64,000 nucleotides of DNA from Entomortierella parvispora E1425 (Eukaryota > Fungi > Mortierellomycota), in the NCBI GenBank assembly GCA_020891255.1, contig BQFW01000008.1:496001-560000 (forward strand). The letters run 5' to 3'. Below, piece by piece: positions 39,388 through 51,200 of this stretch; within the stretch, counting starts at the first letter, position 1, and the number at the start of each line of letters is the position of its first letter. The notes under the pieces were generated by a model, which searched no databases, had not been told where the DNA came from, and was given only the letters and a program-made list of their open reading frames with translations. The position numbers and the translations under genes were made by a program.

Positions 39388-41643
39388 CTAGTCATCTTCC
39401 TGCTCATCATCACTGAAGCTGGTGGGGGCGGCAGCCTCCTGCATGCCGCGACTGATGTCACCTGGGGCAAAGCAACCGTTCGTGAACGAGAGAGGAACCA
39501 CCTCTGGCAAAACGGCGCGGGCCTTCTCGGTCAAATTCGTGGCATCCAAGACCAAGACAAACGACTGGTTTTGCTCGGCATCGTAAACCAAACTGATAAC
39601 CACACCTGCGTCCTCGTTCTGGTCAAAAACGGGGGGAGGCACAAACACGGCCTCGCTTGGGTAGCAGTTCTTTTGGCTCCAAACCAGAGGCTCCTTGTCG
39701 CCCTTGACATGCAACTTCAAAATTGAATCATACATGTCTCCTTCGCCCGTCTCGGATAATCCAACGCCCCAGGTGTACTTGTAATCCAATCCGTGGTAGA
39801 TAGGGTTAATCCTAGGCATTTCGACTCCTGGGGTGCTGCGCACTCTTACAGCCAAAGGGGTAATGTTTGAGTTCTTCTCTGGGACTGAGTAGCTGCTGCT
39901 TTGACCTACACTAACACGGCGCATCAACCCTCTCAGCTTATCCACGGGACCAACATTGGCCATTGCGGCATTATAATTGGCCAATCTCTGTGCCTCAGCC
40001 TGCACATTCGCCAACTCGAATCTGCAAAATTCTGGTTTGATCAGCTTAGGCGAAGATCGATTGAGCAAAGACGACAGACTCAACTGATGAGCAATGGTAT
40101 CGTCCGAGTACATGGAAAAGTCCAGGTAGACATTGTCCGCAGCATCCTCAAACGCATTGACGTGGTGGAAGCTAGATATAATTGCGAAAAAAGAAGGGGG
40201 GCGTTAACTTCATTTCAATGTGGAAGCGACTTTTTTTTCTGTATCAGACTTACAAAAAGAACGCCTCCGACTTGAATGTGGCGATGAGCTTTTGTTTGAT
40301 GCGAGAGATGACGTAAAAGTACGTTGACTCGGATCGCTTGAATGAGAGTGCATCCAAAACTGATGCTCCCCAGCTGTACTTGATACCTCCGTCAGAAGGG
40401 TTCAAGGGACTGACAACCAAAATGATGTAACGAGGGGTGACAGCGAACGAATGGACGTGGCTGGTCTTGGCGGTTACTGACGCAATGATGGATCCATGTG
40501 GCTCCTTTTCTGTAATAGAGAAAAAGTGGTACTGTGTGCTTTGGAATCCATGCTCCATGGTGAAGTTGATAAGCTCCTTGGTGACTGGATCATAGTGAGA
40601 GTGGGGCGAGGCATGTGAGCCCTTGAAGCGGGGATTCACTTCATCCCAAGCAAGAATACCCCCCTTCTCCAATGTGTCCGTGTTCAGCTCGAGGACCTGT
40701 ATACAATACGTGACATGTCAGCAGGGAAACGCGTCAGTCATGAAAGAAAGAGAGCAACGGCCATTGCTCAATGGAGACAAACATTTCACTAACGTGGTTG
40801 GCAAAGTTTTGGCAGTAGATCGTGCGGCGGCCGTCAGCATTGAAAGGAGGCAGGGCCTCAATGGATGCTCCACATGGTTCCAAACTTGGTTTTCCTTGAG
40901 TCTGACTTGTCGACAAGAATCGGGCAAAGACGGTTTGATTTGTGTCAGTCCTGAAGGTACTTGAAGGTTGGTTAGGAAGGTATCCCTGGTGCTCTCTGAT
41001 CTTTGTCTCTGCACGGTGGGCTGGTTTTGTGGACCGGAACTTGATCGCGTTGTTGCTGCCTGAGAACGAGAACTGGTTGACCTGTGGAATGCTTTGGCGA
41101 TAAACAAAGTGTCAGGAACAAGCAAAACAATGGACGTAGGTCATACTTCACAAGACAGAGACGCGACGCGACTTACTTGTCAAACCAATGACCAAAGCGG
41201 AAAGTTCGGGTCTCCTGCTGAGGTTCACCATTGACTACGACCATCTTTGGGTACTTGATTTCAAAGATTCCTGGGCTGAGGGTGTAATGGAATCCTGTGA
41301 GCCAGTCAGGGATAGTGCCCTGGACAGTCAGGTCGGCTGGAACCTCGGTGGAAGTTGCATTTCTCAAGGCCTACTCGCATTGAATCCGTCGTCAGGATGA
41401 CATTTCGGACTTTGCATAAAGAGAATGAAATGCATCGATTCAGATGTATGAAAATACCTTGTGGAATGTCACCTCCTCTTCGTCAAAAGGACCAGCAATG
41501 ACCTCGGGCGTAACTGGAGTGGTGGGGAGAACTGCCGAGTCCTGAAGCGCGTCGGCAGAGTTGACAGTTGTGGTGTCGGCAGCGGGTGCAACGGTGCCAT
41601 TGTCCTCCATTTGGATCACCTCAATTTCAGAGACTTCTTCCAT
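39388..41643 (-). CDS. Carotenoid oxygenase / RPE65-family protein, ~634 aa
   Basis: Exons 41458-41643, 41177-41370, 40794-41091, 40254-40696, 39388-40171. Motifs GTIPDWLTG, HWFD, SPHSHYDP, HVHSFAVT, FHHVNAFE, EMPRINP, YPSEAVFVP, VLVLDATNLTEKARA. Confidence 0.88.
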
Positions 41644-42581
41644 GGTGAATGCGCAGGAGAATGTTGGGGGAAGGAATAAAGAAAAGAAGAGAGTGAGGAA
41701 CAACCCGCAAGGTTGCTATGGTTCATGAGCCCCGATATTGACAATGATTGTAAATATAGCTCTGGCAGCAATCCCAGCCTGGCCTGCCTGCTGCCACTGC
41801 GGGCAGCTGGACACACACAGAGACAGGCAGATAGACAAAGACCCTGGAGGCTGAGACAGCAGGCAGGGTCCGGTCCGGGGGCCAGGCCCTGTGGTCGACC
41901 ACAAAGTCCCTTGGGGGGCGCGTCATTGCCATGGTTCATGTGGCACGTACACGTGCAGGAATAGAGCGGATGTGCAATTACAAAAATTATTGCCTATCCC
42001 GTACGTGACATGTAGGGAGCAGTCACACATTTTTCTTCAAATTGTCTGTGGTTGCTTCTTGCCGACGTTTTGCCAGCCAAAATTCATCACTGCCGACAAC
42101 TCACTACCTTCGTGGAAATCAGAGCGGTTAGGGACCGCGCAAAATAGCTGCGTTTTCGCATCGCTGCCGGTGGCTTGGCACCCGATTCCCTTCCCCTCTG
42201 CAAAAAAACGCTTGACTCCAGACACCAGGCCTGCTCTTTGGATTTCCTCTCTTTCCTTCCTCCCTTTCTCTCTTTCTCCATCCCATCCCATCCCCCCAAC
42301 CACCACCACCACCAAAAGGTAAGATTCCGACTTTTTTTTTCAATTTCTTCCTTTCATGGAACATCCGTTCTCTATCTATATATATGTGTCCCTAGACATG
42401 CTGTAGACCTTCCTCTCCCTCCTGCTGTGGTCATCTCTGACATCCTCATCACCCGCATCACCCACATTCCCCATTACGAAAAGACTCATCCCTGAGCTCA
42501 ACTTGAACTGACCTTTGCTTCTCTCTCCTCTTTTCTCTACTACTACTCTTCTACCTTCCCACTTCCATGCTCACCAGCTAA

Positions 42582-42998
<417 letters not shown>

Positions 42999-43591
42999 AA
43001 TTGGTCACGCAACAACCCAGCCCCCTCTCATCGTAAAGCTATGAGCAGGTTCCCCTACCTTTGTTTCTGTCAACCTTGGAGTGGGGAGGGGCAAAGGATG
43101 TGGATCATGATCACGTCAGCCTCATCCTTTTTTTCTCTTCGTTTGAACAATTTTTTATTCGTCGTTTTCTTTGCCCCCTCCCTTCGTTTTCTTACCCTTT
43201 GTTCTAGTACATAAAGGTCTGCACAAGCTTCTCAAGGTCCCACTCACTTGACAGTGTTGCGTGTGTGCACTACGCCGTAGCGTCACCACGCAATCCTTTT
43301 GCTCTTTGTTTGACATCGCTGAATAAAAACAACAAAATAACCCCAAAGACTCTTAACTCATAATATGATACTCAACGACTGTGGAGCTCTTCCTGTCTGG
43401 CGCAGCCGATAAGCTCTAAAGTGCCACGGGACCTGGTGGCCCCCGACAACCCTCTAGACAGCACGAAAAATCTAGGCAGTCACATGACCGCTAAATCTAA
43501 ATTTGGACTTGCTTCAATGGGATGATGTTTGAGCAATGCTTTAATTGACCAAATGGAATTAACAGTGCGTTGGGAATACATTAGTGATAAA

Positions 43592-44473
43592 CTATTGCGC
43601 TGGAGTGTCAGCCTGACTAGAAATGCCACTGCTGTTAGGCTGGACGAGGTAGTAAGGTAAGGCAGCCTGGAGCTTTTTATGCTCGACACAGGCTTTGAGC
43701 CACTCTGGTTTGACAATTGGGATGGATTGTTGCAAAGCCGCCTCATAGTTGTATCCGCCCTGAACATGGCACAGCAGGTGTGTGGTTTCAATGCCGACTT
43801 CCTCTGTCCAGGTGCCTCCAATCTCGCCCACCAATCGTTTGCAATCCTCCAGAGCCGCGTCAGATTCAAAAACGCCAAAGCAAATGTTCGTTCCCGACAG
43901 GTTCTCCAGAGTATGCGTCCTAGCCCTGACATCGTTCGAGCGCAAGGTGCCAGCTGAAGTCTTGATCTCGATGTAGAATCCAAACTCCTGATTAATCTCC
44001 AGTCCTGACAATTTGTACTGGTTTGTGTGGAAGGGACTGGCGACCGAGTGTCCTTGTTTGACTCCGTTCTTGTAAACATCCAGGGATCGAAGACTAGCCT
44101 GGTTCAGAACCAAGGGGTCCCATTCCAGAATACAGGTAGTTTGAGTCAAGGATTTGACACGCAAGACTGGGGTCTTTGGGGGGTTCTTGCCAAACTGGTC
44201 CAAGATTTCATCCTGAAGGGCCCAGAATTCGTCTCGGCGGTTTTGCTCTTCTTCCAGGTTACGGTTGACAGAGATGTTGACGACGGATCCTGCAGAGACA
44301 CCCTTGGGGAGGAGCAAAGATGGAAACTCAATGAGGTGATGGTCCTCCGTCAAGAGGATGGTCATGCCAGCATCGACCTTGCCGACAGTGAAACGGATAG
44401 AGGTGTTTTGTTTTGCGCCGCTGGCGTTGCTGCCGGAAGTGTGGAGTGCGTTTTCTGAGGCTGCAGTCATCAT
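43592..44473 (-). CDS. CHS5: Chitin biosynthesis protein CHS5 (exomer; N-domain + FN3 + BRCT), 293 aa
   Basis: FTVGKVDAGMTILLTEDHHLIEFPSLLLP, FN3 (LEWDPL..LRSLDVYKNG..KLSGL) and BRCT (THLLC..AALQQSIPIVKPEWLKAC). Confidence 0.93.
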   Translation of the reverse strand: MMTAASENALHTSGSNASGAKQNTSIRFTVGKVDAGMTILLTEDHHLIEFPSLLLPKGVSAGSVVNISVNRNLEEEQNRRDEFWALQDEILDQFGKNPPKTPVLRVKSLTQTTCILEWDPLVLNQASLRSLDVYKNGVKQGHSVASPFHTNQYKLSGLEINQEFGFYIEIKTSAGTLRSNDVRARTHTLENLSGTNICFGVFESDAALEDCKRLVGEIGGTWTEEVGIETTHLLCHVQGGYNYEAALQQSIPIVKPEWLKACVEHKKLQAALPYYLVQPNSSGISSQADTPAQ

Positions 44474-44931
44474 GGCAAGAAGGACGAAAGGGTTTGGCTG
44501 GGTTCAGAAGATTGTTTTGTCGAGTCGAATACGTGTCGAGATGTGGAGACAGTCTGAAAAGGGAAGGGAGGGGAGGAGAAAATAGAACGAGATGAGAGCG
44601 CCGGCGCTATGGGGGAGAGAGGCAATAATAAAAGCAATAAAAGAAAGTGGGCAAATTGGGTTCCACGATGGATGGAGGGATGAAGATGATGAATGGATGA
44701 GCCCTATCTTCGCGGCCTGCCTGATGATGCACCATCATCTCCCTCGCACCGCACAGGGGCAACGAAAGTGGTCACGTGCGCATTCTCAATGAAGCTTTGG
44801 GCTGAACCCAATAAAGAAAGTGCGCTCTTTTCTACTTCTTCATCGCCTTCATCCTCTTCTCATTCACCCTTTGCCATTCCGCCTTCAGTCAACGCTACCC
44901 GTTATAATCACCTCTCACCACCCACAAGACC

Positions 44932-46769
44932 ATGACCACGTCACAAGCCCCAATCTTCCGTCTCGACTGCAAAGCTCAGTCCTACGACTGGGGAAAGGTC
45001 GGCTCCGAGTCCAGCGTGGCACAGTTTGCCGCGTCGTCACCCTCCTTCGTTGTGGATGAGAACCGCCCATACGCAGAGGTAAGCTATCCTTGATAGATAA
45101 GAGGATGGAAGACAGCCAAACAAAAACAATGATGTATCCGTGATGTATCCGTGCTGGATCCGATTCATGAATCGCCATACATTTTTGTCCTTTTCCTTTG
45201 TGAAGCAAGAAGGATGTGGCCTCGCGTTGCTGCAGTTTTTTTTGCCAATCTCAACCTAATTTTCTCACGCCTGTCGGACGTGTTTGACTGACCAAGAAAC
45301 TCATTCTCATTTCCTTCTTCTTATCTTGATATGGGTCAACCTCTCCGTTATGTGGACTCGATTCATTTGCGACCGACGTTGTTGACTATTGAATAGCTCT
45401 GGATGGGCACACACAGGAATGCACCTTCGACCGTCTTTGGATCAGACCGATCCCTCGAGTCTGTTTTGCAGACGCACCCGCAATTGATCACACCTCATTT
45501 TCATCAAAAGTACCAGGGTCACCTCCCCTTCCTGTTCAAGGTCTTGTCTATTGGCAAGGCTCTCTCGATTCAAGCCCACCCTGATAAGGAATTGGCTGAG
45601 AAGCTGTTCAAGAGCCGACCGGACTTGTACAAGGACGACAACCATAAACCAGAGATGGCCATTGCTCTGACGGAATTCGAAGCTCTTTGTGGGTTCAAGC
45701 CCCTGGATGAGATTTCTGCCGCTTTGGATCAGTGGCCTGAATTGTGGGCCTTGGTTGGGGACAAGGAGGCCAAGGATTTCCAGGATGCAGTCAAGCGGTC
45801 GGAGCAGGTCGAGGGAATCAAAGGCATCAAGGAGGGACGTTTGGCTCTGAAGACTTTGTTCAGGACCATGATGACAGCAGACGCCCTCAAGGTCAAGAAG
45901 GAGTTGGACAGGATGATGGAACGTCTCAACAGCGTCCACCCTTCCTCATATGAGGCTCACTCCCCTGAGGCCGTCATTCTCAGGATTCACTCTCAGTTCC
46001 CTGGCGATGTGGGCGTGTTTTGCTTCTTCTTCCTCAACTACATTGTCCTGGCTCCAGGTCAGGCCATCTTCTTGGCAGCTGATGAACCACATGCGTACTT
46101 GAGTGGAGGTAAGTTTTTCATTATTGTGGAAAGAACACGAGCGTTGAACGTGGAGCATGCAGTGGAACGACAGAATGGGGACGGCATAGAAGTGCTCTCT
46201 TTTATTGGATTGCTCGCTTTTTATATTTTTAACGTTCAAGATACTCATCCTTTGTCGATCTAATCGCGCGCTCTCTTTTTTTTTTACCTCACTTAGACTG
46301 TGTGGAATGCATGGCCGCTAGTGACAATGTCGTGCGTGCTGGTTTGACTCCTAAATTCAAGGACGTGGACGTATTGACAGAGATGTTGACGTACCAGACC
46401 AAGAGCAGTACGGACCAACTTCTTTCGGGCGTTCTTTGCACACCAACAGGACACTCTCTCATGTACGATCCTCCAATTGAAGAGTTTTCAGTCATCCTCA
46501 CCAAATTGGATCATCCCAAGGAGAAGGAGAGATTGAGAGGTGCCGAGGGCCCCAGTGTAGTGATCGTGACGGCAGGTCAGGGAGTCATCCGGACAGAGAA
46601 GCATCATGATAGCGACCCAGAAGTGATTGAGATCGCAGCCAACACTGGAAACGTCTTCTTCATTGGCGCCAATACCCCGTTCTCGATCGAGGCTGTGGCC
46701 GAGGAGGGTGTGACGATTTACACGGCGTTCTCTGTCCGCGCGGACAAGAAGGACCATTACCACCATTAA
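44932..46769 (+). CDS. PMI40: Mannose-6-phosphate isomerase (type I PMI), 443 aa
   Basis: Exons 44932-45078, 45397-46108, 46297-46769. Motifs YDWGK, PYAELWMGTH, LPFLFKVLSIGKALSIQAHP, YKDDNHKPEM, AIFLAADEPHAYLSGD, ECMAASDNVVRAGLTPK. Confidence 0.97.
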
Positions 46770-47312
46770 AGCTGTTGATAATAATTGGATTCTGTCAAAC
46801 TAGACTCGAGAAAAAACATTATGTTCCCATGCTCATGAACTGTCACAAACGCGCCTCTTGTGCCCCATTATCAATGGCGGGCTTACACCGCTCCAGAGCA
46901 CCCGAGTTCTAGACCACCACAATTCTGATCTGCAGATCGAAGCATTGTTGTGCGCAGGACTCTTTGCCACATCCAATTGGCACTGACAAAAAAAATCATA
47001 TGTCATGTGCTGCGGGGAGGGGGGGGGTTCGTCAAATGAGCTGCTCGTCTCTTGTTTTGACATAATGGTGACTTTGGTGAAAGGGAGAGATGCGACGAGC
47101 CACAAATGCACACATCCCCGGGAAGAAGGCCCAAATGAAAGGGGAGGGAAAATTCCCTTGGTGCCACCAACAAGCTCTGGGATGAAAAACACATAAATTA
47201 ATGGCCCTACCAGCTTTTTTTTCTCTCTCTCTCTCTTTCTCTCACACACACACTCCCACTCCCACTTCAACTTCAAGCACGCACTCTTTCAACGATTATC
47301 ACTCGCACAAAC

Positions 47313-48081
47313 ATGATTCACGTCCCCTTTGTCAATCTACCTGCCGTTTGTAAGCTCGGTTGGACCTACCTCGAACAGCAAGAAAGAAAGAAAAATCAAG
47401 GATACACAAAATTAAACTACGGACTTTTTTTTTTTTTTTTGAACGCGAATCACTCCTACAGTGGCCGGTAGTAGCTTCATCCAGTTCGTGGCTGCCGCCA
47501 TCTACGGACCCCTCTTTGGACAAGCCTGGTTAAACGCCATGAAGACTGTACGAAACGGCCTCTTTATTTCTCGCTGAAACAAGAGTTAACGAACAAGAGA
47601 AAAGAACTCGATTTCCTTTCACCAGGCTCACCTAAAGAATCAAAACTTCATTCGACAATGTAGGACCGAGGTGACGACCATTGGACGACCAAGGACCCAA
47701 AGAATAACGACTATGTCCAGCTCTTCTTCACGGATTTCGCCATCAACATTGGCAGGGTAAGTGTGGGATCCTCCTTTCTTCTTGGACCCAACGTGATGAG
47801 CTCATCGTGACTGATGTGATGTCCTCACTCTGACGATCTCTTTGCTCGTGGGCCTTTAGGCCTGGATCACCGGCTTGCTCTTGAACTTGACACAGGCCCA
47901 GACGGTATCACATGCCGCGCAATTGGGTCTTTTCCTCTTCCTCGGAACCTACCTGCCAGTCGTAACCTCGGAACTCATGTGGGAGAAGCGAAGCTTTGCC
48001 TTGCAAAAGTACAAGATCATGATAGGCTTTAGCAGTACCGTTGTTCTTTCATGCCTCATGCACGCAATTGGAACAGCTTGA
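47313..48081 (+). CDS. Small multi-TM protein, DUF1761-like (145 aa)
   Basis: Exons 47313-47349, 47462-47547, 47664-47756, 47860-48081 join in frame: MIHVPFVNLPAVLAGSSFIQFVAAAIYGPLFGQAWLNAMKT...AAQLGLFLFLG..LMWEKRSF. The YGPLFG..W..AM and LxWExR patterns resemble DUF1761 (from memory). Confidence 0.75.
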
Positions 48082-48222
48082 AGAGACAAATCCTTCTGAC
48101 AACATAAAAAAGAACAAGAAGAAGGACCTCAGAAGTTTATTCACGCTCAAGCCTCTCAGTACATCAATGTATCAATAAAAACATCCATATTTTGCAGTGT
48201 TTTCGGTATTGGTCACTGCTGA

Positions 48223-51200
48223 TCAGTCCGAGTCGGACATGTCGCTATCTTCGCGGACAACAAGACTATCCTTTGTTGGCTCTGGTCGTGGTGCTCTTTC
48301 CGGAATCTCATGACGGATACGAATCTCCTTCTCCAACATGGTCTGATAAAGTTGATCCAACTCGTCAATTGAGAATAGGTGCCTCATCCGCGGCTCGAAC
48401 GCCAACAGGTACAGATCTTTGCACCAAGGACAGTCGTTCAATGCACGCATTAGCAGCTGCTTGGGCTTGGTGCTTGGTTCTAGCAGTCCGGGACCAATCT
48501 TGGATTTTTTTTGGTCCTTCTTTCCCTTGTCCTTCTTGGAGGACACCACAAGCTCCCGCTGACGTGCACTCTCTCGCAGCTCCAGCTCAATGTAAATCAT
48601 CCATAGATTCGGACTCGAGTTAAAAGAGGTTGACTTGGAGGAATCCAAGGCTGACTCCAAGAGTGATCGAACCATATGTGGATTGTACGGCTCTTGTTGC
48701 CACAACTCGTAAAACAACCCAAAGATCCAGAGGGATGCCTTACTACTTCTGATGGTAGATGAAGGCAGCAGTTTCTGACCTGAGGTTCCTGGTGCCGCCG
48801 TCGTAGAGGCAGATATCTGGTTATGGGACCGGTCAGATACTTGATCCAAGACCCAAGTCCTGACTCGGCCATGAATCCGCTGTTTGGCCTCTGTCCAGAA
48901 GAAAAGCGACTGGAGGATTGCACAGTTGGGAAAACGCTCTAGACCAGAATGAACGATTCGGCGGAGATCTCGTGGTTGATAGCCTCCAGTTCCTGTACTT
49001 GATTTTGAAGAGGTTGCCTGCAAAGAATGGAAATAAACCATCTTTGCCATTTGAATCCAAACCATCTCGGCCTCCACACCAACACACACCTTACGCTTGA
49101 CTGGCGAGGCAGTGGCGGTAGCGATACCGGCTGACGTGACAGATGCGACGCGACTCAAAAATGATCCAGAGGATGACGATAGGAATGGATCGGTCGACGA
49201 AATCTCAGCCTCTGGGTTTCTAAAATCAAGTCCTTGGATGACGCCCTCAAACACTTTGATGCCTCCATCGATTGCAGAGCCAGAACCAGGCGCAGAGGCG
49301 GTGACTGGGACGTAGACTGACAGATACTCAAACCAGGCGTGACAGACGACCACATCCAGCTGGGGCTCAAACCACTTTCCTCCGATCGTGTTTCCATCAG
49401 AAACAGAGGATGACTTTCCAAGGTCAAGTCGCGCCACTTTTTGAGAATAGAATTGCCGTGCCTTGATCAGACGAGTCGGACTAGGCTTTGGCGCTTTTTC
49501 AGATACGGACAAGTCAACTAGTGGAATTTCAGTACATTAGTTAGGACCAAACTTTGCATGGAACCAATTGGCACAGAGTAGGATCATTGCTTCAATTACC
49601 TTCAGAGCCTTCAGCAAACGAAAGCAATATTTCTAGTGCTACGGCCGGTCTCCCTTGTTCCCATTCAAGCTCTGCAAAGTATCTGTAAATCAGCGGGGAT
49701 CTCACTTGGTGCTCCTGTGGAAATGACCGATACATGGATATCACAGTTGAATACACTTTTCGCGCCTATTAAATCAGGAATTCAGTTAGTTAGGGGTTGA
49801 CGAGACCAACTGCCTCATATCTCCGACATTGACATCAGCAACCAAAAAATACCTCGTTGATACGGCCAAGCATCTTTTCTGCCTGAGCATATGCATTCCA
49901 GAGCTCGAGATCCATGCGATCAATTTTGAGATATTTTTTCGCCAACTTTTGACCCTTGGAACCTGTGGGAGCTTCCAGGTTTTCGTACATTAGATAGTAA
50001 TGTAAAAGGCTCTCGCGCTTCGCCTTTGGAAGAGGGACAATGTCCACCAGCTGTTGAAACGTGTTTCTGTAGGTTTGAAAGCAACGAAAGAAGAATTAGT
50101 CTACAGAGCAAAGAAAGGGAAGTACAACGCATGCATCATTTCGACGAGAATTACCTGACAAAGATCTTGTTTGTCCACTGAACCTCTTCGTCGCTGGTCA
50201 CAGTCGACCAAGGGTAGGTGACCTGTCTTGAGCCTGATCCAATGTTACCGAGCTCGCCAAAAAGGTTGCCAGTGCCCTGGGGATATAGCTTGACAGGGGT
50301 CTTCCACACGCAAGACCAGTCTCGCTCTTCCATCTCCACGTCCATATTCAGATTTTCGATCTCCCTGAGCACCCGCTGTACTGATTGTTCCTTGGTTATG
50401 ACTGCCGGAAAAAAATTCTTCAAGCCTGGATTCATTCCATAGTTTGACTGAATGTCCATGCCCAGGTTCAACAGCAACCCATCATGAAAGTATGGCTGGT
50501 AGGCGGAATCACGCAGCGCCGATTTCTGAGGATTGTTGGAACTGCCCAAAGAGTTAAGAGGCAGTCCCAGAAAGCTGTACATACAATCCAAGAACTGGTG
50601 GCGGGCCTCAATTGAGTGCAGGGGAACGATAAAAGGCCGAATGTCGTCAAAGATGATAATACCGTAGGGGTCGTCTTCCAGCTCATCAGGTAGATCCTCT
50701 AAATAGTGCACATGGTTCGATTAGGCCCACTGTTCTCTATTTCACTTGATCATTCATTAGCTGCACCTGTATCATACCTGTCGTTCTTATCGGAAACCAA
50801 CACGACGCGTTTAGACCCTTCTCTAATTTGGCCCAGCGACCGTATTGGTACCGATCCATATCGTCCTCTGCAAGCGCTCTCACCAGCTCATCCGAGGGTG
50901 CATCCTTTTCGGGAAGTTTTGCTTTCTCCAAAAGATTTTCCATGTTGACTTCGTCTTCTTCGGTTACATAGTGGGACCAGCCCTTGGCATCTTTTTCTCC
51001 AAAACGAGGCAGCTCTGAGTCCCAATATTCTTCCAGACTCCCGATTTGAATGAACCATGGTTCCGACTCTAGACCAGCAGGCATATTGAACAGAAACTCG
51101 ACTTGAGCCTGCAATATCGCTTGAGATCGCTCGACATATCCTACACACATATAATCGATGATTAATCATCTGTTACTGTAATACGGCATCACTTTTGGCA

